The notes: generated from the sequence alone by a model not told the origin. DNA of 64,000 nt from Octopus sinensis (GCF_006345805.1 NC_042999.1:56730001-56794000), one strand, 5' to 3'. Counted from the first letter of the stretch, positions 47,525 through 61,630 are shown. A program made the numbers and translations.

Positions 47525-48537
47525 TAAAAGGAATTCCAACCTTGTCTGATTTTCACATTTTATTTACAATCTTATAATGATATAATATAATATAATATAA
47601 TAAAATAAAATAATAGAATGTTAAATGTTCATTCTGATTGAACTAGTACTTTCATGCATTAAATTCTGCAATCTTCAGGTTCATGTAGTAGTGGTGACAG
47701 TCATGCTTCACAATTTTTGACTGTAGTGAGATGATTGAATCTGTGCTTTAAATACAGCTGTGTAGGCTCCAGATGCTAGGTTTTGCAAACTGTATTCTGA
47801 CCAATCAGTGTGTAGTATCACTCAATTACTTAAGCTGATTGGTTTAGGCATCATGCTTTGTTGGACATGTCAAGAGTCCTGTATCTTGACCCTGGCCAAA
47901 GCAGCAATTGTTGGGCTATTTATAGAAATGTTGTAAATAGCCTTTGTCAAAGATTTTTATATTTCAATTGTCATCATCATCATTGTCAGCACCTTAATTA
48001 TTGTTGCTAGTGGTGATGGTGGTGGCAATAGAACTTTTAACCCTAAATAAGATAATTTTCTTGCTATCTAAGTATTATTATTATTGCTTGGGTTCGAATT
48101 TATCAATAAAATTCTTTTCTCTGATTTTCCTCTCGATTTCACTTGGGCTGTGCAATTTGTTTATATATTGGCCAGTATGTATGAATTGGCATGTGCCACT
48201 CGGCTATCATTGCATTTAGATACAGTGAATGTTTGGTCTTTGTTGCTAAGGTCAAATTTTGCCTTTGTTAGTAATTTTTTCAAGTTTTTAGGCTGTCTTT
48301 TACTAAGCACCATAGCTCGATCCGTGATTATGTCTTTTAATTCATTACTGTGGGCAATGATTCGTAGGTTTGCTTTGGCAATGTTGAAGATATTTTGGTG
48401 AAATGGGTTGTGTGTCACTATGAATGGTATGACTTGCTCTTGTTTTCCTCTTCCTTGGGTTGTCCTAAGTTGTTGTATGGGTATTTTTATAGCCTGCTGT
48501 ATGCCATTTTCTATAAGTAGAGATGGGTATTTTTGTT
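47525..48537 (-). mobile_element. Penelope-like element 3' part (RT-EN linker, truncated GIY-YIG, pLTR-like tail)
   Basis: HNPFHQNIFNI...SKRQPKNLKKLLTKAKF...KCNDSR(C)GTCQFI then EIERKIREKNFI; followed by CCAAT/TATA-like motifs, hammerhead and AATAAA. Confidence 0.7.
47639..47683 (-). ncRNA. Minimal type I hammerhead ribozyme motif (Penelope-type, probably dimeric)
   Basis: UGAAC-CUGAAGA-U-UGCA(GAAUUUAA)UGCA-U-GAAA-GUAC-UA-GUUCA: 5-bp stem I, conserved core, palindromic stem III (AGUACU), CUA cleavage triplet. Confidence 0.6.
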
Positions 48538-48552
48538 CTACTTATAGAAAAT

Positions 48553-51258
48553 TAAGAATTTAGCTGAAATGATACCAACAATTATAAAATCTACAAGAGA
48601 AAGCCTTGGATGTCAGAAATAAATGAATGAAATCTGGAAAAAGAGGCACACTGAAAAAGAGAAGAGATACGGAAGACATGGAAAAAACTCCTTAACATAA
48701 GAAAACAAAACTTCTGGAAGGCATATAAATGCGAAAAATATGCTGAAATACATTTGGAATGGATATCTTTAGCGGCACCCATACTTCCTCACAAGTACCT
48801 AATTAATGAAATTGCAGGAGAACCAGAGGAAGAAACAAAACTTTGATGGGACCTTAGTTTGATAAAATTCAGGACTGACATCTCCATTACCCTGTCTAAA
48901 CAATCCCGCTACAAAGCCAAATACGAAGCTATCGTTGATCAAATCAGAGATGAAATATCCAAATTAACAATCGGCAATATAGCAGAAAAAATGCGAGAAC
49001 TATGGATCAGAGATATCTCAAAAGAAGAAAGCAGATCAAGAAAGTTTTGGCAGCGGAAACAATTATTTCTCAACAAATATGCTACAAATTACGGTAAAGA
49101 CACCAGAACTCTGAGAAATAGCATTAAAAGTGGACAACCTCACAAATGCAACATACGCCAGAACACGTGGCAACATGAACACCTGTTTCACCACGAATCG
49201 AAGACGAACTACGGTAAGAACTCTTCCCTTTTTGTATGCAAACACCCTAATGCACACAACATGAACAAAAAGCACAAACAAAATAGATATTCTTTTGAAC
49301 AGACCATTAGCAGTAGAAATAACAGAAGATCATTTTCAAGACCTCAACAGAGATTACCCACAAGAAACTGGACAAAAAACCGATCTAGATCTGGAAGTAA
49401 ACCCAGATCATTTCCCCAGGTGGTTAAAAACAATACTAACAAGAAATTGAAAAGTAGTATACATAATACCAAAAACAAGACAGAAAACATAACGAAACCA
49501 AGTAAAATACCACAACCAAAATGCAAAATTCATCAAACAAACATCAACAGGAATATAAATCATAAACAGAAAAACATCCATTTTTTTTACATCAGGTCAA
49601 CAAACACCGGAGAAAGAAAAAATCCAAGAGGAAACTTACCCAAAACAACTGAACGTATAGATCCTAAAATAATTAATTTATCAAAAAGAGATCTTGACAA
49701 TGATGAAATCCAACTTCTGTCAAAAGGACTGAAATTCACACACCAACAGCCAACCACCAAGAATTAAAGGAGGATATCCAAACATTCTGTCGAAAATTAC
49801 GACTTGTAGAATTCTTCGCTAACAAAAGTAATGAGATTGATGAATCCCTAGTAAGGAATAAATCAAATTTCACCCCACCAAAAGGAAGAAATAACTACCT
49901 TGACTAATACATTGATATCCTGTCTAAATTTCCCCTTAGATGCAATACCAATGTTAGGCCAAACATTAACAAATCAGAGATGTCTGCATGTAAACGTATA
50001 CAAAACGATCAAACAATAATAATTAAACAAGCAGATAAAGGTGGTGCAATTGTTATTATGGATACTGAATACTATAAGGATTTGGTTGAGGACCAACTGA
50101 AGGACACAACCTTCTATTGTGAAATACCCGCAAATATAGACCACCACATCATGAAAAAGATCAACAACCTGATCTCAAAACACTACAACTCACTTACGGA
50201 TAATGAAAGAGACTACATCACCAATTTCGAACCAAAACCCAGCAACTTCTACAGCTTACCAAAAATACATAAATCAAAAGATATTCAACAGGCAGTAAAA
50301 GAACAAGAAAGTGAGTACATAAAATTACTACATCCAAAAGACCTAAAACTTAGACCTATTATAGCTGGTCCAGCATGCCCTACTCACTGTCTAAGCAATT
50401 TTATTGACATTGTTTTGAAACCACTATGTACTTACATACCCAGTTTCATCGGGGATGACATCGACTTCCTGTCCCATCTTCCCAAAACAACAGAAACAAA
50501 TTCAGTTTTACTAAGTTTTGATGTGGTAAGCCTCTACACCAATATTCCACACGATTTAGGAATAAAGGCGATTAAATACTGGTTAGAAAAACATAGAGAA
50601 GTGATTCCCAGCAGATTCACAGTGCCATTTATATTAGACACAGCCAAACTTATTCTAGAAAACAACACATTCTTCTTCAATGGAAAGAATTACATCCAAA
50701 TTAGAGGCACGGCAATGGGAACGAGGATTGCTCCCGTTTTACGCCAACTCTGTAATGGGATACTTAGAACGACAACTCTACCAAGAGGTGGAGGTAAACT
50801 ATGGCACTGGATTTAGAAAGTATATTGAAAAGGCATGGAAGAGATACCTTGACGACTGCTTCATAATCTGGACAGAATCTCTAAATACTCTGGAAGAGTT
50901 CAATATCCTCTTGAACAACCTACACCCATCTCTCCAATTTACAAAGGAGATGAGTAGTACCAAATTACCATTCCTAGATATAATGGTAATTAAAAAAGAC
51001 ACCACCATCACCACAGATATATACTATAAACACACAGACACACATCAATACCTAAATTTTAAGTCGTGCCATCCACCACATACAAAACGCAACATCCCAT
51101 ACTGCCTAGCCAGAAGAATTTGTACCATTATAGAAGATGCAAATATCAGGAACAAATGCCTAATAGAACTAAGAGAATTTTTGTTCAAACAAAAATACCC
51201 ATCTCTACTTATAGAAAATGGCATACAGCGGGCTATAAAAATACCCATACAACAACTT
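48553..51258 (+). pseudogene. Penelope-like element ORF (N-terminus plus reverse transcriptase), frameshifted, inverted relative to its 3' part
   Basis: IINLSKR.L...E..LLSKGLKF, IKQADKGGAIV, YSLPKIHK, RPII, FDVVSLYTNIP, GTAMGT, RYLDDCF, LPFLD, YYKHTDTHQYL, HP...KRNIPY. Confidence 0.93.
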
Positions 51259-54200
51259 CATTAGTTGGGCATAAAGCCAATTGTCTTACTAGTTGTAAAG
51301 CTCAACTAACTAAACTTGGTGAAGGCAACTTTCAATGCCCAATTTAAACAATGAGTTTCAAGATACTTTTTTTATGTACAAAACAATTTATAAATTAATC
51401 AAACAGGCAAGAAAAACTATTTATAAGAATGTTTTTATGACAAGCAATTTACAAATTGTAGATCAACTGGATTTAAGCTGAACAAAATCAGTTCATTCTC
51501 CTCTCTTCATATTTGTGAATGGAAAGTTAGAAGTTTATATTCAGATATTTCTATATTCTCTTTTCAATATTCTATAAGTAGATTGGCAGAATCATTAGAG
51601 CATCTGGCAAAATGGTTGGTGGTATTTGTTCTTGTTCTTTAAGTTCTGAGTTCAACTCCTGTTGAGGTCAACTTTGCTTTTTATCATTTTGGGACTGATA
51701 AAATAAAGTACCAGTCATGTTGGGGTGGCAATGGAAAGAAAGAGTCACATGCAGCAACATTACTATATGAGGATGGAGACCAGACAAAGGCCAAAAAGGA
51801 TTGGCAAATTGTCATAAAAACAAAAAAAAACAAACTCATACACACACACACACACTAAATTTAAAATAGGCAATTAAAAGATTGGAGGGGGTACACTTCT
51901 TGTGATGAAGAGACACTCTCCAATAAAAGAGTAATCCTTCTCCAATAACAGGAAGCTAATATCTATTTCATGAAAGGGATCATCTCCAATGATGACAAGT
52001 AAAGAGCCCTTCTCCCTGAATAAAATTATTTCCACAGCCCTGTACAACAACAACAACAATCTACTGTAAGATACTGCTGCAGTAAGTCTCAAACTGGGTT
52101 ACAGATAACTCTCAGGACATGCAAAAGACATCATAGGGGAATGTGAGATTTGTAAAAATAGAGGAATTTTGAAGTAATCAAAATTAGCTTCTCTTCATGT
52201 ACCTTCAAACCTAGTAAATATATATTAACAGAAAAACTTTGTCAATTATACTGTTTGGAAGTCCTGACTTCCAAATATAATAAACAATTACAAATTGTTG
52301 GTTTTATGAAACTCATAAAATGGCACCCACTATTGTCTGTTTTACGGTATCCAACTAGTTTGCATAATATTCTTCATAAAGGATACACTAACACTGCCAG
52401 GCAAGACAAATGAGAACCCCTTTGCTATTGTCTCTTTTTTTCTTTTACTCTTGTTTCAGTCATTTGACTGTGGCCATGCTGAAGCACCACCTTTAGTCAA
52501 GCAAATCGACCCCAGGGTTTATTCTTTGTAAGCCTAGGACTTATTCTATCGGTCTCTTTTGCCGAACTGCTAAGTTATGGGGATGTAAACACACCAGCAT
52601 CGGTTGTCAAGCAATGTTGGGGGGGACAAACACAGACACACAAACACACACACACACACATATGACAGGCTTCTTTCAGTTTCTGTCTACCAAATCCACT
52701 CACAAGGCTTTGGTCGGCCTGAGGCTATAGTAGAAAACACTTGCCCAAGGTGCCACGCAGTGAGACTGAACCTGGAACCATGTGGTTCGTAAGCAAGCTA
52801 CTTACCACACAGCCACTCCTACGCCTATAGGTACAATGTGTGTGTCTGTGTATGTATTATCTATCTATCTATCTATATAATAATTTTTTGGTTACCTCAA
52901 ATATGTTCAGGATATATTTGATCTGGGACGTTTCCTGTTCAAGGGGAGGGACAATTCCAGTACTTGATTAGTATTTTATTTTATTAACATGGAGGGAAGG
53001 AAGGCAAAGTAGACCTCAGTAAGATATGGATTCGGAAAATAGAGCCGGTAAAGAGCTAGGACCAGCGTACAAAGAAATGTAATAAAATCTGAATTCCAAT
53101 CAAGTGTTCCATGGATGTTCACCACATGTTACAACTCAGTGATTCGCAAGATATGCGTTCTTTTTTTCACATGAATGACTAAAGAACTCTATGAATTTCT
53201 ATGAGTGACTAAAGACATCATGGAACATTCTGGATTCAACAGCTTGAAATAATATAAGGAGGATGCAAATAGGTGTTGTAGAAAGGATGCATATAATTGG
53301 TGCAATGTGTGTGTCTGTGTATGTATTATATATATATATATATATAATAATTTTTTGGTTAACTCAAATATGTTCGGGATATATTTGATCTGTAAAAATG
53401 CCATTTTCACTGTGATTTACAATGGGGAAAATTCCCTGCTTTAGGCAAAATATGAAAAATGTTTGTCATTTCATAGCACTCACATACGGTCTAATATATG
53501 CATTTCAAGTTACTTGTCCTGTTTGGTATCTAATGCTGATGAGAGCACAACTCCAAAATGACAGGAGCATAGCATCTTTCAACCTCGTTCTTATATAATT
53601 TCTGCTTGTTTATCCCATTCCTCAGATATCTGTAAGCCCTGTTTAATCTCCGTTTTTCTTGTAGTTAAAGAAATAAAAAAGTTCAATGAGGGGCACATGT
53701 TCCATAAAGAGGAGACACTTTCTGGAGCATAATTCTTAGAATGTTTCACAAAATACCTTCTGGAATTTGTTGCGGCTTTTTATATTGTGAATTTAAATTC
53801 TGCCAAGGTTAACTTTGCTGTTTATCCTTAAAATAATGTACCATTTCAGCACTGGGATTGATGTCAAAGACTAACCCCAACATCCAAAATTTCAGACTTT
53901 GTGCTTTGAGTAGAAAGAATTATAAGTATCAGTTAAGCACTGGGGTCAATGAAATCAACATGACCCCTCCTGCAAAATTTCAGGCATTGTGCCTATAGTA
54001 GAAAGAATTATTATTATTATTATTATTCATCGTTTAACATCCGCTTTCCATGCTAGCATGGGTTGGATGATTTGACTGAGGACTGGTGAACCAGATGGCT
54101 GCACCAGGCTCCAATCTTGATTTGGCAGAGTTTCTACAGCTGGATCCTAACGCTAACCACTCCGAGAGTGTAGTGGGTGCTTTTATGTGCCAGTCAGGCG

Positions 54201-55056
54201 GTACTGGCAACGATCACGGAAAAATCGTGTTTTTTTTTTTTTACGTGTCACCGGCACAAGTGCCTGTAAGGTGATGCTGGTAACGATCACGCTCGAATGG
54301 TGCTTTTTATGTGCCACCGGCACGAACGCCAGGTAGCCACTTTGGCAACGATCACGCTCAGATGGTGCTCTTGGTGCTCCACAAGCAAGGATGCCAGTCA
54401 TCGAATTTGATTTTGATTCCGATTTCACTTGCCTCAACAGGTCTTCACAAGCAGTGTCCAATGAAGGGAAGGTACACATAAGTGGGCTGGTTATACCCCT
54501 GGCTTAGGCCAAAAGGTTATGGTCTCACTTGGCTTGCCAGGTCCTCTCAAGCACAGCATATTTCCAAAATTCTCGGTCACTGGCCATTGCCTCGGTGAGG
54601 CCTATTATTATTATTATTATTATTAAGGTGGCGAGGTGGCAGAATCGTTAATGTGCTGGGCAAAATGCTTAGCAGCATTTCATCTATCTTTACATTTTGA
54701 GTTCAAATTCCGCTGAAGTCAACTTTGTCTTTCATCCTTTTGGGGTCAATTGAGAACCAGTGAAACACTGGGGTCGATGTAATTTAGTCCCCTCCTCCAA
54801 AATTCCTGGCCTTGTGCTTTTAGTAGAAAGGATTATTATTATTAGTTGCAGGCTGGCAGAATTGTAGCATGCCAAGTGAAAGGCTTAGCTGCATTTTGTC
54901 CATCTTTACATTCTCAGTTTTAAATTCCACCGAGGTCAACTTTGCCTTTCTTCCTTTTGAAGTCTATAAAATAAGTACCAATTGAACACTGGGGTCCCAA
55001 TAATCAACTTACTCCTCCCCTAAAAAATTGCTGGCCTTGTGCTAAAATTCGAAACC

Positions 55057-55098
<42 letters not shown>

Positions 55099-55249
55099 TG
55101 TCATGACCCTCTGTAAGAAATCAATATAATCCAATAGCCCAGATTATATGTAAATCTGAATACTTTACAAATTGCGAAAATCTAATCAATTTTAACATTT
55201 ATTTGATAATTCTTATTTTGATATGATTTTTAAAAAACATTTTTTTCAG

Positions 55250-55336
55250 ATGTGGTACTCTAATTATTCTTGGTGTATTATTACTGCTGACAGTTATAGA
55301 AATAATAATGAAAAGACGAGAGATTGCAGCTGAAAA
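55250..55336 (+). CDS. Putative isolated exon encoding a transmembrane helix (CGTLIILGVLLLLTVIEIIMKRREIAAE)
   Basis: Strong ttttttcag acceptor and aa|gtaagt donor; 87 nt, phase 2-2; hydrophobic helix followed by KRR; gene unidentified. Confidence 0.5.
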
Positions 55337-55528
55337 GTAAGTATACACTTGATCTATCCAGTTCAGTAAGCATAAAGCTCTATCATAATCTATCACTTTT
55401 ACAATGCAGAAACGAGAGAGAGAGAGAGTTTCCATGCAGACCTTGCTTCAGATAATCCCTCGGTTTAAGACCTATATCCTATTGTTGAATACATTTAGTG
55501 GAGTCAGGGCATAGCTTCTTTCCTTTAA

Positions 55529-55749
55529 CCTCTTGGCATTCTGATTGTTTTATCAAATATGTTTATTTATTCACAGTTTTGAATTTATCCTGCATTATCT
55601 TGTAGCTTTGAGATTTTGGTTAAATGACTATATTTTTCAGAGTAACATTGTAGGGTAGGTGTGAGAGGCTGGATCTGGCCACTTTGAACATAAAACAGGA
55701 AGAATATTTTGGCTGGATATGGGATATGGCTGGTTTAAATGCTAAATGG
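55529..55749. mobile_element. piggyBac-type MITE, same family as 44417-44635
   Basis: TTAA flanks (55525-28, 55750-53); shared internal gtgtgagaggctggatctgg. Confidence 0.7.
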
Positions 55750-56819
55750 TTAAGCAGCCTTAGAGGCCCTAAAAAGGGTCAGAGGTGCAGTCCTTCCTCC
55801 TCTGAATAAGTCATAGGAAAAGAATCTTTGGTAATCTTTAAATAATGTTAAAATTATATTTTTATGTGAGCTCCAAGTCAAAGATTTGTAAAGAAGTTAA
55901 ATGGGTGAGCAATAAGATACCTCTTCCTTCAAATATGAATATCTGATTGCTGTTGTTATTCACTTCTGGATAACATCAATGTTTGAATCTGCCACAATAT
56001 ATTAAAAATGAAGAGATATGCTATTGATTGGATTATTGCTGTTCTTAGTACCCCATCCCCATAAATTAATAAATGGATGAATATTCTCTAGTTTTGTTTC
56101 GTGATGTCTGAAGTATAAAATGATCCCACCTTAGATTCCCAAACTGGGGTGCTTGTTACAGGGCTGAAGAATCAACAAGGCAGACTGTTATAAGTGGCCA
56201 AAAATATATTAGAAGCATTCACTGGAGTCTGATCAGACTATGAACATCTCTCTTCCTCTTAGTGTTCCCTTAAAAGTTCATCAGTGCAACTTCTCATGCT
56301 TTGACTGTCATTAAAAAAATTTAATAATTATAAATGAACCTGAAGGCATTTCAAGTTTTCAAATTTCTTTATATCTTTTTTAAGCCAAAGGTTCTTTAGG
56401 TTTTTTAAAAGACATCCATTAGCAGAGTTAACACTGTAAAAGTGAAGAATGTTTCATTACTCTGCTGTATTGTCAAATCTTCATCTGTTTTGGAAAGAGA
56501 TACACTATTCTAAACTGTGGCACTTGTTCTGGTGGCACATGAAAAAATATTCAAGCGAGGTCGTTGCCAGTGCCGCTGGACTGGCTCCTGTGCAGGTGGC
56601 ACATAAAAAGCACAATTTGAGCGTGGCCGTTGCCAGTACCGCCTGACTGGCCCTCGTGCTGGTGGCACATAAAAGCATTCACTACACTCTTAGATTAGTT
56701 GGCATTAGGAAGGGCATCCAGCTGTATAAAACTCGTGAGCTGAAACTAGATAAAAATATATTATATATAAGCCCAGTACTTATATATATATATTATATAT
56801 ATATAAGCCCAGTACTTAT

Positions 56820-56861
<42 letters not shown>

Positions 56862-57155
56862 TATATATTATATATATAATATATATTATATATATATATT
56901 ATATATTATATATTTTATATATATATATATATACTCTTTACTCTTTTACTTGTTTCAGTCAGTTGACTGCGGCCATGCTGGAGCACCGCTTTTAATCGAG
57001 CAACTCGACCCCAGGACTTAATCTTTGTAAGCCCAGTACTTATTCTATCAATCATTTTTTTTTTGCTGAACCGCTAAGTGACGGGGACATAAACACACCA
57101 GCATCGGTTGTCAAGCAATGCTAGGGGGACAAACCCAGACACACAAACACACACA

Positions 57156-57206
<51 letters not shown>

Positions 57207-57269
57207 TATATATGCGTGTGTGTTTATATATATATATATATAATATATATATATAATATATACGACGGG

Positions 57270-58016
57270 ACATGTAAAATGAAGTGAGGATGTTAGTGGG
57301 CTAGGTTAGAAATCCCCATCATAAAAGGTGTCATTGCTAGGGCCAAAAACTCACTTTGACAAGTCTACTCTCATTCTTTTATGTATCTGTCTTCCTCTGT
57401 CACTCACTCTCTTCCTTTCCCATCACTTTCTATATATAACGTTGTTTCACGGCGTCCAACTCCCTTACCTTCACTTTCCCTTTATAACGTTGTGTCACGG
57501 CGTTCTATATTTCCCCCCTCCCCGCCTTCGACAGCGCTTTCACACACACTCTCTCTCTCTACGTCTGTCTGCATTCATAGAGAGAATTATCATCACCACA
57601 ACCACCACCACACAATCATGAGAACAAATATTATGAATCATATATTTATTGGGTTAATTTATATATGTGTGTGTGTGTGTGTGTTCTATATATAAATATG
57701 TATATATAATGTATATATACAAAGTGTATATATCTGTATTTATGTATATTAAACTTTTTAATACTTTTTGATAGTTATATATATTTTTAAAAAAATTATA
57801 AATATAAATTAATAATTTTAATTTTAAATTTAAATAATTTTAATTTTTCAATTTTATATTTTATATATTTTGTATATTATATTTTAATTTTTATGTTTTG
57901 GTTTATGTTTTTCACTGTTTGATTTGCCTATTAGTGGTTTTATCTCTAATTTAATTTATACATATATATATATAATTTGTATACATTTGTATATATAATG
58001 CGTGCACAGTCACACA

Positions 58017-58061
<45 letters not shown>

Positions 58062-59229
58062 GTGTGCATTATGTGGTCGGTTGAGCTGAAAATATGCACA
58101 CCTATGTTAAAAGTGCTGGCAAGTTTGCATGACAACTATTTTTTTCCTCAAATGAAAGGCGTGACCTCTAGGACAAAATTCCTCATCTTATAAAATGTGG
58201 CCCCAAGTAGACCCGAATGAAATCGCGTTATATTAACCAAAATGTGAAAAGGGGTCTAAATGGGGCTGGAAGGGGATTAAAATTTAAAGGAGCGGGTGTT
58301 TAGCGATTCTCTGTTACATCAAGCTAAAAAATTTGCGCCAGCCTTTTAATCGTCAATGTGTTGAAGAAGTTTTGAATGCTTGCCATGGTGAGTCTACTGT
58401 CGTGAGAAAGAATCACTTCAAAACTTGGTGTTTAGGAATTTTCTTTTACATCAAGTTCAAAATTTTACGCCAGCCGTTAAACTGTCAATACGTTGCTGTC
58501 CGTCGTTAAGAAATGCCAGCCATGGTGACTCTACTATCCTCAGATTCTATCCCTTCAAACTTTGGTTTCCAATATTTTATTATTTTTATTCAGCTCGCAA
58601 GTTCATCTGTCCCTTTTAAATGTTAGTGTTTTGCTGTCTGCCTTGAAGCAGACCTTTCCGTTGTCACTGCCTCATATTTATGATTGATCTTTCAAAATAT
58701 TTTATTTCTCAACTTACTCAAGATATTTTGTTGTTTATAAATGGGAGACAGATAGATAAAGATAGAGAGTAAGAAAAAGCGAGGGAGAGTCCGAGAGAAA
58801 AGAAAAGTAAGAGAGTGGAAAAGTGAGAGAGAAAGGAGAGAGAAACAAAGAAGGAGAATCATCATCATCGTTTAACGTCCTGTTTCCGTGCTAGCAGGGG
58901 TTGGACAGTTTGACCGGGGTCTGGGAAGCCATTAGGCTGCACCAGGCTCCAGTCTGATCTGGCAGTGTTTCTACAGGTGGATGCCCTTCCTAATGCCAAC
59001 CACTCTGTGAGTGTAGTGGGTGCTTTTTTCGTGCCGCCGGCACAGGTGCCATGGGGGCTGGCAGCGGCCACGATCGGCTGGTGCTTTTTAAGTGCCACCG
59101 GCACAGAAGCCAATCAAGGCGGAGCTGCAATTGGCCACGTTCGGATGGTGCTTTTTACGTGCTGAAATGAAGCAACAGAAAGTAACAACCACACTCTTAC
59201 TCGCACATAGAGCGGGTCACCTTAAGCTA
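57270..59229 (+). mobile_element. Non-autonomous Helitron (second family), mosaic copy
   Basis: Reverse complement of 15341-16400 and 17500-18000 modules; ends gagcgggtcaccttaagCTAG|T. Confidence 0.8.
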
Positions 59230-60263
59230 GTATATAAAAATACATATATATATACACATACATACATATATATACATATATACATACGTGTATATACATA
59301 TACATGTATATACATACATACGTGCATATACGTATATACATACGTGTGTGTGTACATACGTGCATACACGTATATACATACATGTGTGTGTACATACGTG
59401 CATACACGTATATACATACATGTGTGTACATATTGTGTACATATGTGCATACACGTATATACATACGTGTGTGTGTACATACGTGCATACACGTATATAC
59501 ATACGTGTGTGTGTACATATGTACATACATGTATATACATACGTGTGTGTACATACGTGCATACACATATATACATACGTGTGTGTGTACATATGTGCAT
59601 ACACGTATATACATACGTGTGTGTGTACATACGTGCATACACGTATATACATACGTGTGTGTGTACATATGTACATACATGTATATACATACGTGTGTGT
59701 ACATATGTGCATACACATATATACATACGTGTGTGTGTACATATGTGCATACACGTATATACATACATGTGTGTGTACATACGTGCATACATACGTGTGC
59801 GTATACAAACGTGCATACATGTGTATACATACGTGCATACACGTGTATACATACGTGCATACATACATGTGCGTATACATACGTCCATACACGTGTATAC
59901 ATACATGTGTACATACATACATACATGCATACACGTGTATACATACATACTTACACGTATATACATACATGTATACATACATTCATACACGTATACATAC
60001 ATACATACATACACGTATATACATACATGTATACATACATACATACATACATACACGTATATACATAAATGTATACATACATACACGTATATACATACAT
60101 GTATACATACATACACGTATATACATACATGTATACATACATACATGCACGTATATACATACATGTATACATACATACATACATACACATATGTATATAC
60201 ATACATACACGTATATACATACATGTACACATACATATATGTATATATACATATACATATACA
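59230..60263. repeat. ~1-kb compound purine-pyrimidine microsatellite (CATA/CGTA/TG units)
   Basis: Almost strictly alternating R/Y, hence long stop-free ORFs on both strands. Confidence 0.95.
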
Positions 60264-61110
60264 CTAGCAGAATTGCCTGGCGTTGCTCGGGGCTGAATTG
60301 CTTGAAAGTACTGTTAATGATTGCACTGAATTATGATGATTATTCAGGCAAATATTGATATAAGTTTCCGCTGGGAGATAAGGACTTAACGATCAAACGT
60401 GTGCCATTGCATTGTTTTGGGGGAACCAAATTTCTGATGAGCATTATAGGGGCAGCAACTTTAAGTTTGAGAATGTGTGGTGGTAGTCCGGGGTGCTCAA
60501 AGGAATTGAGTACCTCTATTGGATAGTTGATGACGTCCTGTGGGTCAGGAGTTGTATCGATAGACTGATATACATAGACTTCCCCAGGAATGAGTTTTAG
60601 CATTTCATCATTAATATGGTGAACAGTTTTATTCCTCGGGGCCAGTATAGCCTTTTGGCCAATCCAATCCATATTCTGATAATTAGCTTGTAGATCTTGG
60701 AACACTGCATCTCTGAGATCAGAAAGTGTCTTAACAATGGTACAAATGGAATCGATGGCAATATTACCATTTTCATCCCCTGGTATTTTGCCTTCGCCAA
60801 GTGCAAGGATGGTGTGAGGAAATGCTGCTGATGTGATATTACGTCGCATATGAGCACGCATATTGGTGTGAAGTTTGAGAGTTACTTCCCTTTATTAAAA
60901 AAAATATGCATTAAAATGGGAAAAAATGATGGTAAATTATTTGTAAAATCGTAGACTCATTGTAGACACGCGCTAATACCCAGAAGGGCTCGATATGAAT
61001 CATGACTATAAGATACTCGGTTTTGGTTAAACTGCATCGCAAAATGTGGGAGTAGTTAGGAATCTAAATCGGAGTAGACAGACACACAACCTTTCTTTTA
61101 TATATAAAGA
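60264..61110 (-). mobile_element. Internally deleted Helitron retaining a PIF1 helicase fragment
   Basis: A|TCTTTATATATAAAAG 5' end like the 11552 units; AILAPRN, GLPPHILKLKVAAPIMLIRNL, CNGTRL; ccgagcaacgccagg hairpin plus CTAG|T. Confidence 0.9.
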
Positions 61111-61630
61111 TTTTTGTCCTAAAAAACTTTGTATGGAGTGAATGGTTACCTCTATGGAAATATATACACACACATTATACATACATGTGTGTATAGATGA
61201 ATATATAAATACATTTAAATATCTATATACAGTTTTGGGCGATCTTTCTGCTTCTTAGAGATAACTTTAGATCTTATTTTTGTCCTAAAAAACTTTGTAT
61301 GGAGTGAATGGTTACCTCTATGGAAATATATACACACACGTTATACATACATGTGTGCATAGATGAATATATAAATACATTTATATATCTATATACACTT
61401 TTGGGCGATCTTTCTGCTTCTTAGAGATAACTTTAGATGTTATTTTCGTCCTAAAAAACTTTGTGCGGAGTGAATGGTTACCTCTATGGAAATATATACA
61501 CACACATTATACATACATGTGGTATAGATGAATATATAATACATTTAAATATCTATATACACTTTTGGGCGATCTTTCTGCTACTTGGATATACTTTAGA
61601 TCTTATATTCGTCCTAAATAACTTTGTATG
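61111..61630. repeat. ~166-bp tandem repeat, 3 copies plus a partial
   Basis: gtcctaaaaaactttgtatggagtgaatggttacctctatgg recurs at ~61116, 61282, 61448; partial ~61611. Confidence 0.9.

Noticed and set aside
51870-52150. Possible decayed LINE RT fragment
   Set aside because: Only faint ITxLxxxYKI-like similarity across several frameshifts; too weak to call.
59092-60358. Multiple 240-390 aa ORFs on both strands
   Set aside because: Alternating purine-pyrimidine DNA cannot contain stop codons (all are YRR), so the ORFs are artefacts.
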